DNA from: an uncultured cyanobacterium
GTDB taxonomy: Bacteria > Cyanobacteriota > Cyanobacteriia > Cyanobacteriales > CAWCAG01
Assembly (NCBI GenBank): GCA_963793425.1
Contig: CAWCAG010000007.1
Span: 864,001-928,000 of the forward strand
Reading direction: 5' to 3'
Length of the DNA stretch: 64,000 nt
The translations under genes and the position numbers were made by a program. This document shows, piece by piece, positions 9,820 through 19,635 of this stretch. Under the pieces are notes generated by a model. That model saw only the letters and a program-made list of their open reading frames with translations. It ran no database searches and was not told the origin of the DNA. Position 1 is the first letter of the stretch; every line of letters starts with the position of its first letter.

Positions 9820-10818
9820 TCACCTCGTCACCTTGATTTTAGCTAAATAAATGAAGAAGGGGCCACCCACCAAGGCTGTCATAATACCGACAGGTATTTC
9901 TTGGGGTTGCAGGATTAATCTGGCAGCAATGTCTGATGCTAATAGTAAGATGGCTCCAAACAAGGCGCTATAGGGTAAAATCCACCGATAATCTACCCCC
10001 ACCACAAAGCGAACTATATGGGGTACAACTAAACCAATAAAACCGATTGCACCCGCAACGGCAACACCACTACCAGCTAATAAAATAACACAACCCAAAG
10101 CAACAATTTTTACTAAAGCAGTTTGCTGCCCTAATCCCTTGGCTACGTCTTCTCCTAAGCTAATAATCGTGATTTGCTGCCCTATAATTAAAGCTAAAAC
10201 CATCCCTATGGCTACGTAAGGGAGAATTTTCCAAATGAGGTTAGCATCCACCCCGGCTAAGGAACCCGCTAACCAAAAACGAATTTCTTCTAGGGTGCGT
10301 TGACTAATGATTAAGATAGCAGTGGTGAGGGAAGCTAGGAAAGCGCTAATGGCTGCACCAGCAATGGTAAGGTTGAGGGGAGTAAGACCACTACGCCCTA
10401 AAGAAGCAAAGCAGTAAACACTAATGGCTGTGATGCCAGCCCCTGCAAAGGCAAACCAAAGATAAAGACTTGGTGATGCTGCCCCGCCCCAAAAGATTGC
10501 TAGGACTACAGCTAGGGCTGCCCCAGCGTTGATGCCTAAGATACCAGGATCAGCTAAGGGATTGCGAGTTATACCTTGCATAATTGCCCCAGAAGTTGAG
10601 ATGGCTGCACCCACAATTATTGCAGTTAGGGATCTGGGTAAGCGAATGCTACGGATAATTAAATGTTCTGTGGAATCGTCAAAGGCAATGAGGGCTTGAT
10701 AAACACTTTTCCTAGGGATATCCGTTGCCCCAAAAGAAATACTCAGCCACAAACAGCTTAAGAGTATTATCAGTCCTATAATTAAGCCATAAACTCTTTT
10801 CTGCACCTGATTACCCAT
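9820..10818 (-). CDS. FecCD-family iron-siderophore ABC transporter permease
   Basis: IRLPR, MQGITRNPLADPGILGINAGA, LGEDVAKGLG and GFIGLVVPH motifs. Confidence 0.93.
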   Translation of the reverse strand: MGNQVQKRVYGLIIGLIILLSCLWLSISFGATDIPRKSVYQALIAFDDSTEHLIIRSIRLPRSLTAIIVGAAISTSGAIMQGITRNPLADPGILGINAGAALAVVLAIFWGGAASPSLYLWFAFAGAGITAISVYCFASLGRSGLTPLNLTIAGAAISAFLASLTTAILIISQRTLEEIRFWLAGSLAGVDANLIWKILPYVAIGMVLALIIGQQITIISLGEDVAKGLGQQTALVKIVALGCVILLAGSGVAVAGAIGFIGLVVPHIVRFVVGVDYRWILPYSALFGAILLLASDIAARLILQPQEIPVGIMTALVGGPFFIYLAKIKVTR

Positions 10819-11006
10819 TACTAGGGTTTTTTAACCAAAGAAAGGAAGAGATTAGGGGATGTACAATGAGTATACCCAAGGTAAAACACCAAAGAAGACT
10901 GATGGAACTGTAAAACCAGACAAAGAAGAAATAAAATAATCCGGCGATCTCACTAAACAACCCTACTCCTATTTACGGGTACATTCATAATTCCCTCATT
11001 CTCTAT

Positions 11007-12854
11007 TTAACTCAAACTAGGACGCTTTGCAGCAGTAGGAAACATGGCTTTAAAACCAGATTGACGTTGTTCGGCTGGTTCCTCGCTTAAGTTCCACAGG
11101 CTTTCATAAAAGAAGAAGGAAACTCCTGCAAAGTTTTGTTCTCGAACGGTTTGTACTTGTTGTTGAATATTTTTTAAAGGAATGGGAATGGGTTTAATGC
11201 CAGATAAAATACCAATGCCTGTGGGAATATGATTTTTCGCTACTTGCAAGCTTGGATGTGCTAATTCTTGCTTAAATCTCTCTAGATCCCGGCGGTAAAC
11301 TTGCACAATTAATTCTTCGATGTAGCCTTCTCTTTCCCAAGTATGCCAATCTTGTAAGTACTTTTCGTAGGCAAATTCATGAGGGTTAGGAGAAAGTCCG
11401 ACTAATACAGCCGGTTTGGTTTTTTTGACCGCTTGGAATACTTGTTTAAATGAGTTGGTGATTTTCCCTGCTCGCCAACGCATCCATTCTGGATCTTCGT
11501 AGTTATTGGGAGGAAGTTTGCCGTTATGTTCCTGTTGATATAACTTAATGCTGAAGGAGTCGTAACCAAAATCGGAAGGGATGCCGAAATGGTCATCAAA
11601 CTGAATGCCATCTATGTCATAGTTGCTGACAACCTCGACAACTAAATCAGTGATAAATTTTTGTACTTCCGGATGGAGAGGGTTAAGCCATACCCTTTCG
11701 TGAACATTCCCTTCTAACCAAATCTTGTCCCCATCGAGGCGATTAGTTAGCCAGTCAGGATGGCGTTTTGCTAATTCTGAGTCCGCAGGGGCCATGAAAC
11801 CAAACTCAAACCAAGGTATTACATCCATGGCAGGGCTAAGATCCCGCTTGATAGAGATAACTTCTTGCAGCATATCCCGATTTTGCAATCCTGGTTCGGG
11901 GTCAAGTTTTTGACCAATAACTCTTTGGGCTACTTGACTAGGATAGAGGGTGTAGCCCCAATTCCAAACTGTGGGGTAAAGGGTATTAAAATTTAACTGA
12001 TCTAAAGTGCTAATGGCTTGGGCGAGGCGACTACGAGAGAAGAGGACATCGCTATCAATGTTAGTTAACCACACTCCCCTTAACTCCATTGGTTGGCTGG
12101 GCAGAGTGCCAGCTACATATTGTTCCGGAATAACTTGTTGATAGCCCAAAGCCTGACACAAAAAGGCTGCTACTTCCCCCCGGCTAGCTAATTTTTGGGG
12201 TTGGAGTTGACGAACATTAGGATAGTTAACTACTAACTTTTTTTCAGTGGCTGCTGCGATCGCCTCTTTGGCATAGGGCGGAATTTGGTTAGCATCAGCA
12301 AAGGCATTGTTCAAGATGCCATCTACTTCTGCGGTGGAAGGAACTTGATTCAACCCAGCAACTAAAGCAAGCAAAACCTCTACTCTAGGAATATTTTTGT
12401 CCGGTTGAAATGTACCGTCAGGATAGCCAACCAGAAACCCGGTCTGTACTGCCCGACTGATGGGAGGAATTGCCCAATAATTAGGGCTAAGATCCCTAAA
12501 TTCCCTGGCGCTGCGGATGTTTTCTGCTTTGGAAAAAGCCTTACTAACAATGGCAGCAAACTCTGCCCTGGTGACAGGTAAGTTGGGTTTGAAACTACCA
12601 TCAGGATAGCCACTGATAATCTTTTGTTGGGCTAATTGTTGAACACAAGACTTACCCCAATAACCTTGGATGTCATTTAAAACGACTTGGGAACTGGCAG
12701 GAGGTAACTTGATAGTCGTTACGACAAGACTAAAGATGACCAGAAAAATTAGCCAAGCTTTACGCCCAAAGCGACGGCTAAAGAAAATTAATTTATCTAT
12801 ACAAAAAGTAAAAAGCTGAGAAATAGATTGTTTCATCTCTCCTTTATATTTCAT
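11007..12854 (-). CDS. SLH-domain family 10-like glycoside hydrolase (DUF187/GHL10)
   Basis: SLH repeats (ISGYPDGSFKPNLPVTRAEFA) followed by ELRGVWLTN, PWFEFG, WLNPLHPEV and DGIQFDDH. Confidence 0.9.
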   Translation of the reverse strand: MKYKGEMKQSISQLFTFCIDKLIFFSRRFGRKAWLIFLVIFSLVVTTIKLPPASSQVVLNDIQGYWGKSCVQQLAQQKIISGYPDGSFKPNLPVTRAEFAAIVSKAFSKAENIRSAREFRDLSPNYWAIPPISRAVQTGFLVGYPDGTFQPDKNIPRVEVLLALVAGLNQVPSTAEVDGILNNAFADANQIPPYAKEAIAAATEKKLVVNYPNVRQLQPQKLASRGEVAAFLCQALGYQQVIPEQYVAGTLPSQPMELRGVWLTNIDSDVLFSRSRLAQAISTLDQLNFNTLYPTVWNWGYTLYPSQVAQRVIGQKLDPEPGLQNRDMLQEVISIKRDLSPAMDVIPWFEFGFMAPADSELAKRHPDWLTNRLDGDKIWLEGNVHERVWLNPLHPEVQKFITDLVVEVVSNYDIDGIQFDDHFGIPSDFGYDSFSIKLYQQEHNGKLPPNNYEDPEWMRWRAGKITNSFKQVFQAVKKTKPAVLVGLSPNPHEFAYEKYLQDWHTWEREGYIEELIVQVYRRDLERFKQELAHPSLQVAKNHIPTGIGILSGIKPIPIPLKNIQQQVQTVREQNFAGVSFFFYESLWNLSEEPAEQRQSGFKAMFPTAAKRPSLS

Positions 12855-13206
12855 ACTTGACGCTTCCTTAATAATTAGAGCCTAACTTCACATTCTCAAT
12901 TTTCCAAGCCTATAGTAGTTTTTTAGACTATTTATTGTGTCAGATGTTGCTATATTTAAACCTATTTTGGGGTAAGTTAGGGCCATGGTAAGAATAAGTA
13001 CGGAAAAGATGAGCTAAGTTAAACCAATCTACCTAATAGAAAATGCTTATTCATTTTGATAGCTTTTTCAGTTATCTTTCTAGAAAATCAACCTGAATTT
13101 AGGTTTAAGTAGAGCTTGTGCTTTAAATTACCATCTATTCCTAAAAGCAGATCCTGGCTGTAAATTTGCCAGATATTGAGTCAAAAAACACTCCTAACAG
13201 CAACTA

Positions 13207-13764
13207 ATGGTTAGTAATTCCGAACGCTTTTTTCCTCCGGAAAACGGTTTTCATCATTCCCCAACCAGCCTTTCTTCGGAAAACGAGCGATCGCTCCACC
13301 GTTTAAATAGAGCAATTAGCCTTTCTCAAGGAGAATTTTCCTTGATTTTATGTGTTTGTAATCGACCTGCTTTAAGGAGAAAGGTAACTAAGCAACTCCA
13401 AAATATTTCACCTTTAAAAGTTAGCGAATTAACTTTACATCCTTCGGTAAATACACTTTTTTCTACAGTTCAAACTGCCTTACAAAACCAATCTCCCGAT
13501 GCCCTAGTAATTTTAGGCTTGGAATCGGTGGTTAATCTTGATGACTTACTGAGTTCCACTAATTTAGTTCGAGAGTTATTTGCTCAGAAATTTGCTTTTC
13601 CCCTGGTTTTGTGGGTGAACGACGATACGTTAATAAAATTGACACGTATCTATACTGATTTTAGAAGTTGGGGGGGGAGTTCAATTCGCTTTGAAGTTTC
13701 CTGTTCCCAGGATGCTCCCCAAAATCATTATTGGCCCTTACAATATCAAATTGTTACAGGTTAG
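13207..13764 (+). CDS. stand-alone copy of the degenerate NTPase-like N-terminal module of cyanobacterial WD40/TPR proteins
   Basis: SLHRLNRAISLSQGEFSLILCVCN...GLESV...TNLVRELF...FPLVLWV...DFRSW; no downstream repeat domains. Confidence 0.55.
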   Translation: MVSNSERFFPPENGFHHSPTSLSSENERSLHRLNRAISLSQGEFSLILCVCNRPALRRKVTKQLQNISPLKVSELTLHPSVNTLFSTVQTALQNQSPDALVILGLESVVNLDDLLSSTNLVRELFAQKFAFPLVLWVNDDTLIKLTRIYTDFRSWGGSSIRFEVSCSQDAPQNHYWPLQYQIVTG

Positions 13765-14573
13765 GTTTTTATTAAAGGCGATACGGTTTGGGAATCTGTC
13801 CAAGGGAAAGATTTGTATTTGAAATAAAAACCTAAAATCACAAAGGCGAGAATAACTAAGCTGCCAATACCAATAGTACTAGGAAGCCAGAAAAGAGCTT
13901 CAATATGATTCACCTCACCGGGCTGTAGCTTCCAAACTAAGCTCGAACCATCCTTTTGAGCAGGAATCAAAGCATTTGTCTCTTGTGCAACGCTACGAGC
14001 GCCCCAGGGGGTATTCAGAACAAATTCTAGATTGATCAATGAACCAGGGCTAACGGCTACATTGGTGTTGGAGTTAAGAAAATCTAAGGCACGCAAATCT
14101 AAATCTAAACTTAAGCGGTTACGTTGGAATAAAAGCCAGTTGTTTTGCTTGATCTCCATTTGTGATTTTAGTTGTACCAAATCCAAATTATCTTGAGCCA
14201 CAGTTTGGGGGGTTTGTTCTGGGTTTGGGTTAAAAAATTGGTTAAACTTCTTAGCTAAGTCCTGGGCATTATAAAAGGGAATGGTGGCAACAATTTCCTG
14301 GTCAGAAATGCGCTCTGTTTTGCCTTGAAGCTCCTGTGTTCTTTGTTTAATACTATCTAACCATTGTTGCGCCTCAGACTGGCTAAAATTGGCTAATTGA
14401 TCACTAAGTTTAATATGTTGAACAATTTCTCCTTGATGCAAACCAGCAAAATTGACTCCGAGATCGTATCTTACGCAACCGGATAAAAGTAAGGTGATGA
14501 GAAAAACTAAGGCGAAAAAAAGAGAACGATAGGGAAAAAAATGCGGCTCACGGGATTTGGTTTCAATAATCAT
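13761..14573 (-). CDS. DUF3153-family lipoprotein/membrane protein
   Basis: LLSGCVRYDLGVNF lipobox, LDLRAL, TPWGA, WKLQPGEVNHIEALFWLPS and a C-terminal TM helix. Confidence 0.8.
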   Translation of the reverse strand: MIIETKSREPHFFPYRSLFFALVFLITLLLSGCVRYDLGVNFAGLHQGEIVQHIKLSDQLANFSQSEAQQWLDSIKQRTQELQGKTERISDQEIVATIPFYNAQDLAKKFNQFFNPNPEQTPQTVAQDNLDLVQLKSQMEIKQNNWLLFQRNRLSLDLDLRALDFLNSNTNVAVSPGSLINLEFVLNTPWGARSVAQETNALIPAQKDGSSLVWKLQPGEVNHIEALFWLPSTIGIGSLVILAFVILGFYFKYKSFPWTDSQTVSPLIKT

Positions 14574-14713
14574 AATTATTAGGTGATGTGAACTTCTTCT
14601 TTAAGCTTGCCAGAAGAAAATTTTACCAAACAATATCTCTTTGTGGACAGAAGCAGAATGTGAGAAAAGTTTGCTTTAATATCTCTGAGCTTAACTAGTA
14701 TGAAATAGAAAAG

Positions 14714-15472
14714 ATGCCTAATCAACCTAAAAATGACGATGTTGTTCTCGGCGGCAATTTCTACAAAGGCGGTGCTGTGTTAGGAGGTATAGAGGGCTTA
14801 AAAAGACGCTTAAACCACCAAGCTTGGCAAGTTAGAACAACTGCTTTGTCAGAAGCGATCGCCTATAGGGATACAGGTTTAGACTTAGTGATTAATGCGC
14901 TGCAAGACAACTCTGTGCGAGTGAGACAAACTGCGTTGGCATTACTTCAGCAAAGCAGTGAACCGAAAGTAAAGCGAGCAGTTCAAAGCTATAGAAATTC
15001 TCTTAACATTATTAAAGAAGGTATAGGTTATAAAAAAGCTAAGTTAGGCATGAATCAACAACAAGTCCTAACTAACCTGGGTAAACCTGAGAAAATTAGG
15101 CGCTATGACAAAGGAAAAAGTCTTTATTACTGTTATTATAGCTTGGGTTTGAGTGTTCTTTTTATTCAAGATTTAGTAACAACTTTATTCTTTTATAGTG
15201 GCATTGCCGGAGGAAATATTAGAGGCAATTACCAAAGGTTTTCGGGGCAAACGGAGAGTTGTATTAACTTTAATTCTGATAACAAAGAGGTTATACAAAT
15301 TTATGGTGATCTCAAAGAACAAGAAGAGGAATTACTAGCTTCTATTCCTGGTATAAGAGTCTTTTATCCTTCTAAAGGCATTGGCTTTTATTTCGTTAAG
15401 TCAACCCAAGAGATAGTTTACATTTGGGTTAATGAAGTTTTTACCTCCGATTGGCTCTTGGAGCAAAGATGA
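14714..15472 (+). CDS. HEAT-like N-terminal module fused to an uncharacterised beta-rich domain
   Basis: PKNDDVVLGG..GGAVLGGIEGLKRRL...DLVINALQD..VR is a recurrent cyanobacterial N-terminal module; the C-terminus has two LG(M)...V...(L/Y)G-type repeats. Confidence 0.6.
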   Translation: MPNQPKNDDVVLGGNFYKGGAVLGGIEGLKRRLNHQAWQVRTTALSEAIAYRDTGLDLVINALQDNSVRVRQTALALLQQSSEPKVKRAVQSYRNSLNIIKEGIGYKKAKLGMNQQQVLTNLGKPEKIRRYDKGKSLYYCYYSLGLSVLFIQDLVTTLFFYSGIAGGNIRGNYQRFSGQTESCINFNSDNKEVIQIYGDLKEQEEELLASIPGIRVFYPSKGIGFYFVKSTQEIVYIWVNEVFTSDWLLEQR

Positions 15473-15481
15473 TTTCATTGA

Positions 15482-18400
15482 TCATTTATCTGATAGCTGT
15501 GTGATAGCTAAACTAACTATTTGCCAAGGTAAGATTTCTTCTTTTTCTTCTTTTTCTTCTTCCAAAGGTCGTTCTAAACAATCTATATAACCTGCCATCG
15601 CAACTGATAAATAACCTTGCAAATTCAATCTAGTTGTCTTACCTTGAGACTCATAACAGCGTAATATCCAAGTATTTTTCTCTACTTCTGATTGCTTTAA
15701 GGCTATTAAAATTAAAGTGTCTCCTGATAAGTTTAATAGCTGACTTTCGGGAGATAAAGAAGCTGTTTTTATCACTTCAGTTGTCTTTGATAATAGAGGT
15801 TGCAAAGGTATATTCAGTTCGTAGCCTTTGTGTACCGTATCCGCTTCTTGCCAACTATTTTTATGGGGATAAATAGCGTAGGTGAAATGATGTTCTCCCC
15901 GATCTGATTGAGGATCTGGCCAATTAGGGGAACGAAGTAAAGAAAGACGAATTTGATTGGGTTTACTGTCGTAACCGTACTTACAATCATTAAGTAAACT
16001 TACCCCATAGTTTTGCGAATCATCAGTTAAGTCAGCCCACCTTAAAGCTGCTACTTCCCATTGAGCTTTTTCCGCTTCTGTTTTTGGTTGAGTAGTACGT
16101 TCAATTGCACCGCAAGCTATTTCATAAGTTGCGCTGTTGCTAGTTAAGTTTAAAGGGAATGCTGCTTTGACTAATACTTGATTTTCTTGCCAGTTAACCG
16201 TAGTCGCAATTTTTAAAACAGGCGAATTAATTTGCAGAATATAATCTTGAATAAATTCTGATTGACCGAACTTTTTAGTTACTCGAATACATTGTTGTAT
16301 TTCTCCTTTTTCTCGCCATTCCAGAGAAAGCAGTTGAGCAGGAGATAAAAGATGGTGTTCATAATTGGGGTCAATATTCCAAGCATCCCAATATTGCCCT
16401 TTATCTTGGAAAAATTGTAGTTGATTGCCTGGGCCATTCAATATTTCACAACCGTTACTTTTGTCATATATTTGTTCTATTTCTCCTGTTTCAGAATTGA
16501 TCACAATTTGCAAGCAATCATTTTCTAAAACAAACTCTTCACTATGTTGGACTTCTCTGTTTATATCTCCTTGACATAACCAAAAAAGCTGATAACCAAC
16601 ACCAGGAATATTTTCTGCAAAGAATAATAAATTACCTTCTGAGGATAACTGCGATTCCACTTCATTTCCTGTTGAATCATAAATTAACCAATTTCCTAAT
16701 GGTACTTCAACAGCAACAACTTCTGAACGTGACCAATTAAGAGAATTAAAAATAATTAAGGGTTGAGCATGAGGTTTAGGAGGAGTTGGTAAACTAATTT
16801 GTGCCGCAATTTTCTGTAAAGCTTTCTCTTTTATTTCTGCCCCAGTTTCCATTACTTTTTGCCAATTTTGATTAGCTTCGGTGAAAACAGGTGTTATGGA
16901 AGTTCCGGGTAAGATATCATGAAATTGATTAAACAAGACTTTTTTCCAAGCCTTTTCTAATTCTTGCTGAGGGTATGTTGATTTTGTGATTATGGTAGCT
17001 AAAGAAGACCAAAGTTCTGCTTCATAAAGTAAATCTTCACAGCGACGATTATAGCGTTTTTGCTCACCGTGGGTAGTATAGCAGCCACGGTGTAATTCCA
17101 AATAAAGCTCACTTTGCCAAATAGGAAGGGAATCTTTTTTACTAACCTGATTAAGATAATTCTCTGCTGTCGTAAATTTTAATTGAGGGAAAAAGGGCGA
17201 CTTTTGCCAACATCTTTGTACTTCTAACATATCTCGACTTGGGCCACCGCCATGATCTCCTACACCGGGTAGCCAAAAAATGTCTTGAATCTCTGTTTGT
17301 TGTTCCCATTCCACTGCATAATTAATTTGAGTCAGAGGATTAGTATCCATAACTCCGGTAACATTAGGAGGAGACATCAAAGTTGGCAACTGTGTCCCGT
17401 CTAATCCTTGCCAATAAAATAAACTATAGGGGAATTTAGTACTATCATTCCAATGCAGTTTTTGGGTAACAAAATATTCAATTCCACATTGCTTAAAAAT
17501 TTGCGGTAATTGCCAGGAAAAACCGAAACTATCAGTTAACCAAGCAATTTTAGTGATTTGACCAAACTTTTCCTTAGTATATTTTTGACCATAAAGTAAT
17601 TGACGAACTAGAGATTCTCCACTAGGAAGATTAACATCTGGCTCAACCCACATCCCTCCTAATACTTCCCACCAGCCAGCTTTAACAGCTTCTTGAATCT
17701 CCTTGAAAAGCTGAGGACGGTTTTTTTCTAACCATTGATAAAGAACAGGGCTAGTATGACAAAAAGTTAGTTCAGGAAAATCTAATTTTAGTTTCAGTAC
17801 CGAAGCAAATGTCCGTTGTGCTACCTCCCAAGTTTCCTCAACTTCCCATAACCAAGCCAAATCTAGATGAGCATGGGTTAGCATTTGAATGCAGCGTTGC
17901 TTTAAATTAATTGCTAAAGAGAGGAGGTTTTGACGTAATTTTAATAAGGCTTGGTTAAACTCTGCTTGGTTAGTAGCAACTTGCCAATTAAGCTTATCTA
18001 ATTCTGTGGCTAAAGCGCCTAATTTTTCTGGCTCAAACTTTGCTAAATATTTCTGTAAAACCAACATTTCTTGAGCCACGAAACCCGGATCTAATGGTGC
18101 TTCGTAAATACATTTTGAAGCCATCAAAGCACCAATATCATGCCCCGGACTCACTAAGCGAATAGCTATAACTAATTCTTCTTGAGGAGTTACAGATTCT
18201 CTTAATAATACCCGTGCTGAAGAATCAAATAAATCTCCTTCTTGTAATAGCTTCCCGTCCACAAAAATTTGTGCCTCTGCTGCCCACCAAGTTAAAGCCA
18301 GCCGTAAACTCAAACCAGCTAAAGGATAAATATCTAAACGATGAGGAATGGTAATCTTTTGGGCTAACCAAATAACTTGACTACCAGCCCCAAAAACAAT

Positions 18401-18577
18401 GTATCCTTTTTCATTAAGTTCAACTTTTTGTCCCTGCTTGAGAATAGTCAGAGGGAAACTATTACTATTAACATTTAGCTGCTCTGAAGAATAGTACCAC
18501 TCACTTTGAACATCAATTTCTGTTTGTTGAGTTAGTTTGGTAATGGTAGCTGCGATGTCTTGTGAGAATTGGTTCAT
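15482..18577 (-). CDS. alpha-mannosidase, glycoside hydrolase family 38
   Basis: HAHLDLAWLW, GGMWVEPD, DSFG, GDHGGG, ELYLELHRG and NQFHDILPGTSI motifs. Confidence 0.95.
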   Translation of the reverse strand: MNQFSQDIAATITKLTQQTEIDVQSEWYYSSEQLNVNSNSFPLTILKQGQKVELNEKGYIVFGAGSQVIWLAQKITIPHRLDIYPLAGLSLRLALTWWAAEAQIFVDGKLLQEGDLFDSSARVLLRESVTPQEELVIAIRLVSPGHDIGALMASKCIYEAPLDPGFVAQEMLVLQKYLAKFEPEKLGALATELDKLNWQVATNQAEFNQALLKLRQNLLSLAINLKQRCIQMLTHAHLDLAWLWEVEETWEVAQRTFASVLKLKLDFPELTFCHTSPVLYQWLEKNRPQLFKEIQEAVKAGWWEVLGGMWVEPDVNLPSGESLVRQLLYGQKYTKEKFGQITKIAWLTDSFGFSWQLPQIFKQCGIEYFVTQKLHWNDSTKFPYSLFYWQGLDGTQLPTLMSPPNVTGVMDTNPLTQINYAVEWEQQTEIQDIFWLPGVGDHGGGPSRDMLEVQRCWQKSPFFPQLKFTTAENYLNQVSKKDSLPIWQSELYLELHRGCYTTHGEQKRYNRRCEDLLYEAELWSSLATIITKSTYPQQELEKAWKKVLFNQFHDILPGTSITPVFTEANQNWQKVMETGAEIKEKALQKIAAQISLPTPPKPHAQPLIIFNSLNWSRSEVVAVEVPLGNWLIYDSTGNEVESQLSSEGNLLFFAENIPGVGYQLFWLCQGDINREVQHSEEFVLENDCLQIVINSETGEIEQIYDKSNGCEILNGPGNQLQFFQDKGQYWDAWNIDPNYEHHLLSPAQLLSLEWREKGEIQQCIRVTKKFGQSEFIQDYILQINSPVLKIATTVNWQENQVLVKAAFPLNLTSNSATYEIACGAIERTTQPKTEAEKAQWEVAALRWADLTDDSQNYGVSLLNDCKYGYDSKPNQIRLSLLRSPNWPDPQSDRGEHHFTYAIYPHKNSWQEADTVHKGYELNIPLQPLLSKTTEVIKTASLSPESQLLNLSGDTLILIALKQSEVEKNTWILRCYESQGKTTRLNLQGYLSVAMAGYIDCLERPLEEEKEEKEEILPWQIVSLAITQLSDK

Positions 18578-18797
18578 ACTAAATCAGATTGATAAAGAGT
18601 TTCTAAGGCTATTGAGGCAAAAAATCATAATTTATGTTATAATTATCTCATCAGATAAAAATAGAATATTAACTGAAAATTTTCACAGTCGGAGCAGGGT
18701 AGGCAGCTTTCTTAAAATAGGCAAAGGAGGTAAACATTTGACCTGCAAAGTTTTTATAAGCTTAAGCTAATGTACGTTTAAACCATCTCCCCATCTT

Positions 18798-19574
18798 CTA
18801 TCTTTCCATCCCCCGCCTCCCTAAAACTATCCCCAGCAAGGTAATCGCACACAATAGAGCAACAACTTTAATCACCAAGTTATCCCCATTCTTAACTGCG
18901 ATCGCCACTAAAGCCCAAATAGTGACACCAGTATAAGTAATATCTGAACTTTGTCGGATAATGGCTATAGAAATTGCCGTAGCGATAAAAACCAAACTTA
19001 CTGTCCAAACCTCAGCAGAAAGCCTCCAACCTTGCCAATTTTGGGCAGCTAAAGCGCAGGCAACATTAACAACTGTAGCAACACTAATCCAACCTAAATA
19101 AATCCCAATAGGATAATGAACGCACCATCTTTTCGAGCGAGATACAGAAGTATTACCAATTCCTAGTAGTAGATAGATAGCAATTAGGGGTAGCAAAATG
19201 AAAAGCATCGCCACCACCGAAAGGGCAAACCACCGAGACAAAAATAAGTATACCCAAATACTTTGAGCAGTACAGGCAACTACTAAAAGATAGCTAGTTT
19301 TGCGTAAATCGGGATCATTTTTCTGGGCAGGTAAAACTTGATAGATGCCAAAAGCAAACAATCCGAGATAGATTAGTCCCCAAATAATAAAGGCATAATT
19401 AGCCGGGATAATCAAAACTTCTTTGAATAGAGTATTAGAAATTTCGCCAATATTAAGCCCATTTAAAGGAAAAATATTCGAGGCAACGTTGACAATAAAA
19501 GCAATTATTATTGCCATCAGGGTTACAATTTGTCGGAGAAAATCTTGCTGGTTACGAGATAAATAGTTTTGCAT
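18798..19574 (-). CDS. TspO/MBR-like tryptophan-rich membrane protein
   Basis: PANYAFIIWGLIY, IYLGWISVAT and about 8 TM segments. Confidence 0.75.
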   Translation of the reverse strand: MQNYLSRNQQDFLRQIVTLMAIIIAFIVNVASNIFPLNGLNIGEISNTLFKEVLIIPANYAFIIWGLIYLGLFAFGIYQVLPAQKNDPDLRKTSYLLVVACTAQSIWVYLFLSRWFALSVVAMLFILLPLIAIYLLLGIGNTSVSRSKRWCVHYPIGIYLGWISVATVVNVACALAAQNWQGWRLSAEVWTVSLVFIATAISIAIIRQSSDITYTGVTIWALVAIAVKNGDNLVIKVVALLCAITLLGIVLGRRGMER

Positions 19575-19635
19575 AGGCTTGAAGAAAATGACTTATTTAT
19601 TTAACCTGGATTGATTAAGGCTTACAATCAACGTT

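Noticed and set aside
10859..10939. 26-aa ORF MYNEYTQGKTPKKTDGTVKPDKEEIK with a purine-rich upstream stretch
   Set aside because: Too short and unsupported without conservation or expression data.
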